Of a DNA stretch of 14,936 nt, positions 7,185-14,628 are shown piece after piece. Position numbers and translations under genes: made by a program. Source of the stretch: Methanobacteriaceae archaeon (GTDB lineage: Archaea > Methanobacteriota > Methanobacteria > Methanobacteriales > Methanobacteriaceae); assembly GCA_003558085.1 (NCBI GenBank), contig PWMT01000113.1, positions 1 to 14,936 on the forward strand, written 5' to 3'. How positions within the stretch are numbered: the first letter of the stretch is position 1; the number at the start of each line of letters is the position of its first letter. The notes beneath the pieces were generated by a model. That model was given only the letters and a program-made list of their open reading frames with translations, had not been told where the DNA came from and searched no databases.

Positions 7185-8738
7185 ATGAGCACAGAAAAGG
7201 CCAGGATCATTAATGAACTACACTTATATGAAAAAAAGGTACTAAAAGCCTTAGAATTATCCCAAAAATCGCTCTCCCCAGAAGAAATAGCCCGATCTGA
7301 AAACTTGGATATTAAATCTGTAATGAGTGCAGCAGGATCTTTAGCATCGAAAGAATTGATCAGGGTTCAAAAAGACACTGATGAAATTTTAAGCCTTTTA
7401 AATGATGGTAAAAGATATGCCCAGGAAGGATTACCAGAGCGGAAATTATTAGAAATTATATACTCCGAGAAGACATTATCTTTATCAGATTTAGGCCATA
7501 AAACCGACTTAGATTCTAAAGAATTTAAAATAGGATTAGGCTGGCTGGTAAGGAAAAAATGGGCTAAAATTGAGCAGGGTGAAGTGAAAATTTCAACAAA
7601 AGGGGAAGATGTTTATATACTCCCCCAGGCAGATGAAAAACTACTATCCCTGTTGTTGGAAAAAGATCAGATATCCTATAAGGAACTGGACAGTGAACTT
7701 AAAAGCGGTTATAAATTTTTAAAAACTCGTAAAGGATTACTTAAACTGGATAAAATTACCCAACATAGTTTAATTCTCACAGAAAAAGGTCAAAATATTG
7801 TGGATGATGGTATTAAAATTCAAGAGGAAGTCACTCAACTTACCCATGAACATTTAAAATCTGGAGAATGGAAGAATCTTCAATTTAGAGGATATAATGT
7901 GCATGCCGAATATCCTGAATTTCATCCTGGAAAAGTACATCCTTTAAGAAGAATAATGGAAGAAATTAGAAATATTTTTTTAAAACTAGGGTTCACTGAA
8001 TATAGGGGTCCTATTTTAGAGTCTGCATTCTGGAATTTTGATTGTCTTTTCCAACCCCAAGATCACGCTGCCCGGGAGATGCAGGATACTTTTTATATTA
8101 AAAATCCATCCACCTCTCATCTACCTGAAGATGAAATGGTAAAAAAAGTGCAGGAAGTCCATCAGGATGGTGGTTCTACTGGTTCTGAGGGTTGGTGCTA
8201 TCAGTGGGATAGGGATATAGCCCGACAATCAGTTCTTCGAACCCATACTACTTGTGTATCCGCCCGATTTCTTAAAGAAAACCCTCCACCGTTAAAGATG
8301 TTTTCGGTGGGCAGAGTTTTTAGAAGGGAGACCATTACCTATAAACATTTACCAGAATTTAATCAAGTAGAAGGTATAGTAGCTGCTGATGGAATCAACT
8401 TCAGAAATCTTTTAGGCATACTAAAAGAATTTTATACTAGATTAGGGTTTAAAGTCAGATTCCGCCCGGCTTATTTCCCCTACACCTATCTCTCTACAGA
8501 ATGTGAAATTTACTTAAAAGAAAAGGAAAGCTGGATAGAATTAGGGGGAGCAGGAATGTTTCGACCCGAAGTCCTTGAACCATTAGGAGTGGAAACTCCT
8601 GTTGCAGCATTTGGTCTGGGTATAGAAAGATTAGCTATGTTAAGATTAGGGATAAAAGATATACGAATGTTATATAAAAGTGATATCGGTTGGTTGAGGA
8701 AGCTACCTTTCACCCATGGAGTGAATCTGCAAGATTAA
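7185..8738 (+). CDS. pheS: Phenylalanine--tRNA ligase alpha subunit, archaeal/eukaryotic long form with N-terminal winged-helix domains
   Basis: 517 aa with 'GKVHPL', '[23 protein letters not shown]', 'LRTHTT', motif 2 '[17 protein letters not shown]', 'FRPAYFPYT' and motif 3 '[12 protein letters not shown]'. Confidence 0.97.
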   Translation: MSTEKARIINELHLYEKKVLKALELSQKSLSPEEIARSENLDIKSVMSAAGSLASKELIRVQKDTDEILSLLNDGKRYAQEGLPERKLLEIIYSEKTLSLSDLGHKTDLDSKEFKIGLGWLVRKKWAKIEQGEVKISTKGEDVYILPQADEKLLSLLLEKDQISYKELDSELKSGYKFLKTRKGLLKLDKITQHSLILTEKGQNIVDDGIKIQEEVTQLTHEHLKSGEWKNLQFRGYNVHAEYPEFHPGKVHPLRRIMEEIRNIFLKLGFTEYRGPILESAFWNFDCLFQPQDHAAREMQDTFYIKNPSTSHLPEDEMVKKVQEVHQDGGSTGSEGWCYQWDRDIARQSVLRTHTTCVSARFLKENPPPLKMFSVGRVFRRETITYKHLPEFNQVEGIVAADGINFRNLLGILKEFYTRLGFKVRFRPAYFPYTYLSTECEIYLKEKESWIELGGAGMFRPEVLEPLGVETPVAAFGLGIERLAMLRLGIKDIRMLYKSDIGWLRKLPFTHGVNLQD

Positions 8739-8740
8739 TA

Positions 8741-8747
8741 TTTTTTT
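8741..8747 (+). terminator. Possible oligo-T terminator of pheS in the short gap between convergent genes
   Basis: T7 run immediately after the pheS stop, overlapping the stop codon of the convergent gene. Confidence 0.4.
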
Positions 8748-9234
8748 AAGAATTAAAAGGCTTAGGTGAACCAACTTCATAATATTCAGCATTATTCTTT
8801 TGCAATTTCTTTAAAATTCCCTTATTTTCTAAGGAAATAATAATATGATACATTCTAAAGTTACTTACTTTTAGGGGGCCGTATAATAGATGGCCCTCCA
8901 GGGTGTACCTGGAAATAATACCTTTTTCACTGGCAAGTTCATTAATTATTTCCAATGCTTCTGCTTCTAAGTGATTTAATTCTGCAATTTTAACTTCTTT
9001 CTGGGTGTTCACTACTTCTATTTTTTCTTGGACTGTTTTAGCTCTTATTTTACCATTCTCTTCATGATAAATAAGGCCTTTTTTTTCTAAATTCTCTAAA
9101 ATTTCTTTAAGTTCATGTTCAGATAAATCCAAATCCATTTTAATTATGTTTGCAGAAACACCATCATCATAATCTAATTGAATATATTTGAGTTGGTTAT
9201 AAACCATATTTTCTTTTTTAGTAATGGTGATCAC
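8746..9234 (-). CDS. Hypothetical protein with two predicted winged helix-turn-helix domains
   Basis: 162 aa, GTG start with AGGCGGGA upstream. Both halves end in wHTH-like 'LENLEKKGLI' and 'IISLENKGIL' segments. Confidence 0.75.
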   Translation of the reverse strand: MITITKKENMVYNQLKYIQLDYDDGVSANIIKMDLDLSEHELKEILENLEKKGLIYHEENGKIRAKTVQEKIEVVNTQKEVKIAELNHLEAEALEIINELASEKGIISRYTLEGHLLYGPLKVSNFRMYHIIISLENKGILKKLQKNNAEYYEVGSPKPFNS

Positions 9235-9451
9235 TGGGATCCCGCCTGGTAATTTATTCTAAAAATACGATAATTTTTATTGTATACTGGTTTGTTTAAA
9301 ATTCTTAAGATTATCTTTAAATTCCCAATAATTTGCAGGAAGATTAGATTTTATGCTATAAATTTCTTCTAATTAAGTAAATAAGCATTTATCTAATTTA
9401 ATCCTACTATCAGCATGGTTTTAAAGAAAGAATAGATAGATGAAATATGTT

Positions 9452-9856
9452 TTAGGGTGCAGGTACCAATAGCTCGGCTGCTACCATACGGATAACATCA
9501 GTTTTGCTTATAACTCCCACTGGTTTGTCATCTTTCATTACTAGCAAACCAGATATATCTGCCCTTAACATAAGGTTGGCTGCATCTTCGATATTATCAT
9601 CAGCTGATATGGTCATCACATCTTCTACCATAATTTCAGCTACTGATATCTCTTTGTTTTCCTGTGGGCTTGGTTTAACACTGCCTAATACACCGATTAG
9701 ATCTGTATAGGATATCACTCCTAGGGGATTATCCTCGGGGTCCAGTACAAATAATCTTCTAACTCCGTGCTGGTACATTTTTTGAAAAGCTTCCAAGGGC
9801 AGGGTATCCGGAGTAGTAGTTATAACATCACGATTCATAGCTTCTTTAACCTTCAT
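9452..9856 (-). CDS. Stand-alone CBS-domain pair (Bateman module) protein
   Basis: 134 aa with two CBS repeats: 'MKVKEAMNRDVIT...RRLFVLD..PLGVISYTDL' and 'VAEIMVEDVMTI...SGLLVM..PVGVISKTDV'. SD GAGG upstream. Confidence 0.92.
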   Translation of the reverse strand: MKVKEAMNRDVITTTPDTLPLEAFQKMYQHGVRRLFVLDPEDNPLGVISYTDLIGVLGSVKPSPQENKEISVAEIMVEDVMTISADDNIEDAANLMLRADISGLLVMKDDKPVGVISKTDVIRMVAAELLVPAP

Positions 9857-10006
9857 AAAATTTCCTCAATTTTTAATTATGTACAGATATAATATTTTGC
9901 CTATTTCATTTAAATCAAGTTCGATTAGATACTCTTAAATTATTATTTTTATAATCTGGTTGTAGATATATTAGAGATTATTTTTAATTAAAGGTTAAGA
10001 TTTAGA

Positions 10007-10021
10007 GAGAAAGTTTTATAT
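10007..10021 (+). promoter_or_regulatory. Candidate BRE + TATA box facing nikR (alternative TATA TTTATATA at 10098-10105)
   Basis: GAGAAAG followed by TTTTATAT (10014-10021) in the divergent CBS/nikR intergenic region. Confidence 0.35.
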
Positions 10022-10233
10022 GGGGTGAAATATTCTTAAATTAAGTTATAAATTTTACATTATAATTATAATTTTTAACAAAATACTTATTACTTAATTT
10101 ATATAATATACATTAAGTGTGTATAAATTAGATAAATAATATTATCTAATTGTTCATGCTGAACAATATTGCTCTTTAAAAAAAATATAATTAATTTGAT
10201 ATTTTTGATCTATCAACCTTCAGGGGGAAAATT

Positions 10234-10653
10234 ATGATGAGAATAAGTATGTCTTTACCTAAAAAATTGTTAAGTGACTTTGATGAGGTATTAAAAGATA
10301 GAGGTTACCAATCCAGATCTAAAGGAATTCGAGATGCCCTTAAAGACTACATAGTTCGTTATCAATGGATGAACGAAATGGAAGGAACTAGAATTGGGGT
10401 GGTGGCTGTCATCTATGATCACCACTACACTGGAGTAATGGAAGATCTAGCTGATATTCAACACGACTATCGAGAACATATAAATGCGGTGATGCATGTC
10501 CATATGACCGATAAGTTTTGCTTGGAAGTAGTTGTAGTGCGCGGGGATGTGGATAAAATCCGAACCCTTACTGAGAAAATGATGAGACTTAAAGGAGTGG
10601 AACATGTAAGGCTAACCAGTACTGCTACTGGAGAGCAAATAGATCATGATTAA
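10234..10653 (+). CDS. nikR: Nickel-responsive transcriptional regulator NikR
   Basis: N-terminal ribbon-helix-helix 'MRISMSLPKKLLSDFDEV...RSKGIRDAL', 'YDHH', and nickel ligands in 'IQHDY...MHVHM..CLEV' (equivalents of E. coli His76/His87/His89/Cys95). Confidence 0.96.
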   Translation: MMRISMSLPKKLLSDFDEVLKDRGYQSRSKGIRDALKDYIVRYQWMNEMEGTRIGVVAVIYDHHYTGVMEDLADIQHDYREHINAVMHVHMTDKFCLEVVVVRGDVDKIRTLTEKMMRLKGVEHVRLTSTATGEQIDHD

Positions 10654-10662
10654 AATAAATTC

Positions 10663-11448
10663 ATGCAATTTTTAACCACTTCTTATCATTACCATCTTCT
10701 GCAAGACTGGGAGAGACTCACTGCCTTTTACGAGGCAATAACTACACAAGCAAGGGATACTGTTTTTGATTTAGGTGCTGGAAGTGGCATACTTTCCTAT
10801 TTTGCAGTCCCTTATTCTAAAATTATCTATTCTATAGAATTAAATTCCAAGAGCGCTGCATATATGGATTTTAATTTAAAAAACTGCGAAAACATTACTA
10901 TTATCAATTCGGATGCCCGTGAAGTTGATTTTCCCTCTAAAGCAGATTTAATCATATGTGAAATGTTAGATACTGCTTTAATTGATGAAGAACAGGTACC
11001 TGTAATAAATACTGTCTTAAAACATCTAGATGAACAGGGTGAAATCATACCCTCTGGTGTGATTAAAACAGCAGAACTAGTGTATCTAAAAAACCCTCAA
11101 ATTTCATATGAAGATTTAATAAATAGTAAAGTTTCTCCACACGAAGTAAAAAGTGCTCTGGTTACTTATAAGATATTATCTTTCTACCATAAGATTAAAG
11201 AAGATTTTAAACAAGATATAATTTTCAGGATTAATCAATCCGGAAAAGTAAATGGTGTAAAACTTACCATGTTCACCTTACTAAACAGTAATTTAATCTG
11301 TGGACCCACACCCATGTTCAACCCTCCACTGTTTATACCAATCGATGAATTAGAGTTAAAAAAGAATGACACAGTAAAAATTAATCTTGAATATACTATG
11401 GGCGGTGGCTTAGATACCATTAAAACAAGAATTAAAGAAATATTTTGA
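10663..11448 (+). CDS. Class I SAM-dependent methyltransferase with protein arginine methyltransferase (PRMT)-like sequence features
   Basis: 'YHYHLLQDWERLTAFYEAI', motif I 'VFDLGAGSGILS', 'IYSIE' and 'ADLIICEMLDTALIDEEQ'. The C-terminal half looks beta-rich. Confidence 0.85.
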   Translation: MQFLTTSYHYHLLQDWERLTAFYEAITTQARDTVFDLGAGSGILSYFAVPYSKIIYSIELNSKSAAYMDFNLKNCENITIINSDAREVDFPSKADLIICEMLDTALIDEEQVPVINTVLKHLDEQGEIIPSGVIKTAELVYLKNPQISYEDLINSKVSPHEVKSALVTYKILSFYHKIKEDFKQDIIFRINQSGKVNGVKLTMFTLLNSNLICGPTPMFNPPLFIPIDELELKKNDTVKINLEYTMGGGLDTIKTRIKEIF

Positions 11449-11914
11449 AAAAACACATAAACTAGTAATTTTAACTATAGGTAATGAGCTGCGTGGAGAT
11501 GACGGTGCAGGTCCCTATTTAAGTAAAATTCTATCTTCTCATCTATCTAATGAGAGAAAAGTGAGTATATTGGATGGGGGCACCATACCAGAGAATTTCA
11601 CTAGCGCGATTAAACGAGAAAACCCTAGCCATTTGTTAATGGTGGATGCAGTGCAGATGCAAAAGCAGCCCGGGCAATGGAAAATCATACCCCTGGAAAA
11701 AATCGGTAATTATAATTTATCCACTCATTCTATGCCTTTATCCTTCTTAATTAAATACCTGGAAATCACAACACCCTCCCAAATCTTATTATTGGGCATT
11801 CAACCAGAAAAAATGGATTTAGGTGACCATTTATCCATGGAAATTAAAAATAGTGTTGAAAAATTTGCTAAGATGTTGTTACAAATCCTAAAAGAGGAAA
11901 AACTTTTAGATTAA
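11414..11914 (+). CDS. hycI: Hydrogenase maturation peptidase (HycI/HybD, peptidase A31); start extended upstream of the ORF track to a probable non-canonical ATA
   Basis: The in-frame region upstream of GTG 11561 reads IPLKQELKKYFEKTHKLVILTIGNELRGDDGAGPYLSKIL and contains the essential 'GNxLRGDDG' motif. Downstream motifs 'GGTIPEN', 'LMVDA', 'STHSMPL' and 'LLGIQP'. In-frame TAG at 11411-11413; SD-like GGCGGTGG at 11401-11408. Confidence 0.88.
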   Translation: MPLKQELKKYFEKTHKLVILTIGNELRGDDGAGPYLSKILSSHLSNERKVSILDGGTIPENFTSAIKRENPSHLLMVDAVQMQKQPGQWKIIPLEKIGNYNLSTHSMPLSFLIKYLEITTPSQILLLGIQPEKMDLGDHLSMEIKNSVEKFAKMLLQILKEEKLLD

Positions 11915-11994
11915 AATTCTCCTAGCTTATTATTTTACTATTTTAGGTTTTAAATATAGATTAATAGCAAATGGTGGAAAATATTATATTATGC

Positions 11995-12090
11995 TTTTAA
12001 ATAGTTTTAATATGGTTAATTTGAATAAAATAGTTTTAATATTTTAAATAGTTTTAATATGGTTAATTTGAATAAAATAGCTTTAATATT
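11995..12090. repeat. 47-bp tandem duplication (2 copies, 1 mismatch)
   Basis: TTTTAAATAGTTTTAATATGGTTAATTTGAATAAAATAG(T/C)TTTAATA at 11995-12041 and 12042-12088; the only difference is T12034 vs C12081. Confidence 0.93.
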
Positions 12091-12193
12091 GATAATTAGA
12101 ATAAATATCAATTATCTGCTGCAGTTATTAAATTGCATAATAGGGGTTAGTTTTTACTCTTAAACAGAAATCGTGGTCAGGATCTGTGTTAAA

Positions 12194-13315
12194 ATGAAGT
12201 TACTTTTTATTGGAGCTAGATTATTTGATGATGTGGCTTACCATGCCCAGGAATTAGGCCTGGAAACCATCATCTCCGAATCAAATCCAGATGCACCTAA
12301 TCTTGAATTAGCAGATTCATTTTACATTGTTCGTCGTGGAATGGAAGCCCCTATGGAATTGGCATTGAAAGAGGATGTGGATGCAGTGGTTCCTCTGATA
12401 GGAATAGACGAGCCCTTGCAAGATTTAGCACGCTTTAAAGAGGAAATGGAAGAAACTTACTCTATACCAGTAATTGCATCAAATACCAAGGCCACCGCCA
12501 TCTCCTGTAATAAAAAATCTAGTAAAGAATTTTTTAGAGAAAACAGAATTAAAACTCCCTCCTATAAGATACTTTCCCTGCGCAATTATAATCAACATTT
12601 GACTTACCCTGCACTATTAAAACAGGAGAATGGTCAAGGAGGAAGTGGAATAAACATAATAAAAAAAAGACCTGAAGCAGAGCAATACTTTCAATCTTAT
12701 CCCCAAGCCATTATGGAGGAATTTATAGAGGGAATTGAAATTTCAGTGGAAGTTTTAGGATGGAAAGGTGATTTACTCCCCTTAGTACCTGTTTATAAAG
12801 GAAAAACTTCACTCGATGGGATTCATCCTTTGGATAAGATAAGATCTGCTCCCCTTAAAATTGAAGGATTGGATAATGATAGAGTTAGAAAACTAGCCTT
12901 CAACATCACCAAAAAATTAGGTTCTGAGGGTAACACCGACCTTGATTTTATATTTAATCCACAAGAAGATGAACTTTATACTCTTGAAATGAACACTCGA
13001 CCCAGTGGAACTCGTTATTTAACTGCAGCATCTACCGATATACATCCATTGAATCAATTAATAGACATGGCCATAGGTGAATGGAACTCCTCTAAAGTTA
13101 AAAAAAAGATGAAAGAATATTACTCCCTAGAATTTCCAGTAGGTGATTATCACGGTGGAAAAATCCCTGCCCATAAAAATTTCTTAAAAAATAATTCTTG
13201 GGTGGTACATGGTCCTCCCCATTATCAGAGAGTTACTATTCGTGCTCAAAATCAAATAAAAGCAATTAATATTGCCAAAAAACTTAAGATAAATGTAGAA
13301 AATTTTCCCTCATAA
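12194..13315 (+). CDS. ATP-grasp domain protein (carbamoyl-phosphate-synthetase-like) of the Methanobacteriales pseudomurein cluster
   Basis: Probable start ATG 12194 (MKLLFIGARLFDDV) rather than GTG 12173. ATP-grasp motifs 'YPALLKQENGQGGSGI', 'IMEEFIEGIEISVE' and 'DLDFI...LEMNTRPSG'. Lies directly upstream of the mraY-like and Mur ligase genes. Confidence 0.85.
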   Translation: MKLLFIGARLFDDVAYHAQELGLETIISESNPDAPNLELADSFYIVRRGMEAPMELALKEDVDAVVPLIGIDEPLQDLARFKEEMEETYSIPVIASNTKATAISCNKKSSKEFFRENRIKTPSYKILSLRNYNQHLTYPALLKQENGQGGSGINIIKKRPEAEQYFQSYPQAIMEEFIEGIEISVEVLGWKGDLLPLVPVYKGKTSLDGIHPLDKIRSAPLKIEGLDNDRVRKLAFNITKKLGSEGNTDLDFIFNPQEDELYTLEMNTRPSGTRYLTAASTDIHPLNQLIDMAIGEWNSSKVKKKMKEYYSLEFPVGDYHGGKIPAHKNFLKNNSWVVHGPPHYQRVTIRAQNQIKAINIAKKLKINVENFPS

Positions 13316-13537
13316 AAGAATCTTATTTATACTATTATTTTAATTTATATTCCTGGCCAGTTAAAATAATATTGATTTAATCTAAGTTATGGTGCTCTAT
13401 TTAGTAAAGTTATTAAATATAAATTATAAAGAAGGAGTAGATTAATAAGTCTTTAAAATTTAATAGAAATTCAAATCAAGATATAGTAACCTTTATCTAA
13501 TTTATCAAATATTGATTTATTTTAACAGGTGATATTT

Positions 13538-14614
13538 TTGGAGAACATTACCAATGGAATGATTGTGTTGTTAATTTCCTTTCTAACAGCCCTTTTTTTC
13601 ACTCTATTTATAAAAAAAATTCTTAAAGATGCCCGTATTTCTGATAATCCCATTGTAACTGAACATCGACATAAAACAGGTACACCTACCATGGGAGGTT
13701 TAGCCATATTAATGGGAGTCGCGTTTATGGCCTGCATCTATTTTGAAAACTTTTATGTTACCATAACCACTTTAATCATGTTTGCAGCAGGATTAGTCGG
13801 TCTTTTAGATGACCTTCTGGGTTTGAAAGTTAAGGAAGTGCAGAAAATTGTAAGAAACATATCTAATCAACCTATTAAAATAGGAAAATTAACCCTACAA
13901 ATGGGTGAAGAGGCTCGTGTAGCTACTGTTAAAGCTAAAAAAGATCTTGAAAATCTTTTAATTGGTAAGAAGGTGGAATTGATAGGGGAAACTCCTATTA
14001 AAAGTGAAGTTAAAGAAAGAGAAAAAATCATTGCCCAATTTATAATCGCATTATTTTTAGTGGTCACCACTACAGTGGGTACTATTGGAGGATTTGATTT
14101 AGGTATTTTAGCCATTCCCGTTATCATAGTGGGAATAATAGGTGCTATTAATGCAGTTAATTTGATTGACGGTATGGATGGACTAGCTGCTGGAATAATG
14201 GCTATTGCTTCCCTATCAACTGCCTTATATTTACATTTCAATGGAGATTTCAATGCTTCACTACCCTTTTTGATCTTAAGTGGTTTGAGCTTAGGTTTCT
14301 TGGTTTTTAATCGATATCCTGCATCTATTTTTATGGGAGATACTGGTTCTTTTGCTTTAGGAGCAGGTTATGCCACAGCAGTATTACTTACAGATACAGT
14401 TTATTTTGGAGTTATTGCTTTAATTATACCTATCTTATCGGTTGTGGTTAGCTTACTTCATCGTTCACATATCCTTAAATTACCAGTAGAACCCTTACAT
14501 CATACTCTTCATTACAAAGGACTTTCCGAGAAAAAAATTGTATTACTGTACTGGGGTTTAACCCTTTTCATCTGTATTCTGGCATTGTTTTTATTCCAGT
14601 ACTTTCAAATCTAG
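13538..14614 (+). CDS. mraY: MraY-like polyprenyl-phosphate transferase (glycosyltransferase family 4 / PNPT), pseudomurein biosynthesis
   Basis: 'HKTGTPTMGG', 'GLLDD', 'NAVNLIDGMDGLA', 'FNRYPASIFMGDTGSFALG' and 'PLHHTLH'. Start is probably TTG 13538, because the track's GTG 13529 lies inside the SD AGGTGA. Confidence 0.92.
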   Translation: MENITNGMIVLLISFLTALFFTLFIKKILKDARISDNPIVTEHRHKTGTPTMGGLAILMGVAFMACIYFENFYVTITTLIMFAAGLVGLLDDLLGLKVKEVQKIVRNISNQPIKIGKLTLQMGEEARVATVKAKKDLENLLIGKKVELIGETPIKSEVKEREKIIAQFIIALFLVVTTTVGTIGGFDLGILAIPVIIVGIIGAINAVNLIDGMDGLAAGIMAIASLSTALYLHFNGDFNASLPFLILSGLSLGFLVFNRYPASIFMGDTGSFALGAGYATAVLLTDTVYFGVIALIIPILSVVVSLLHRSHILKLPVEPLHHTLHYKGLSEKKIVLLYWGLTLFICILALFLFQYFQI

Positions 14615-14628
14615 GAGTTTAGTTTAAC

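Noticed and set aside
8510..8713. 67-aa minus-strand ORF
   Set aside because: Antisense shadow of pheS.
9504..9710. 68-aa plus-strand ORF
   Set aside because: Antisense shadow of the CBS gene.
10827..11456. Minus-strand ORFs 10827-11048 and 11235-11456
   Set aside because: Antisense shadows of the methyltransferase gene.
11995..12090. CRISPR or MITE interpretation of the 47-bp repeat
   Set aside because: The intervening segments are identical rather than unique spacers, and there are no terminal inverted repeats with target duplication.
12173..12193. GTG start of the ATP-grasp ORF given by the track
   Set aside because: ATG 12194 has AGGA upstream and begins the typical 'MKLLFIG' first beta-strand.
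13522..14253. Minus-strand ORFs 13522-13737 and 13867-14253
   Set aside because: Antisense shadows of the mraY-like gene.
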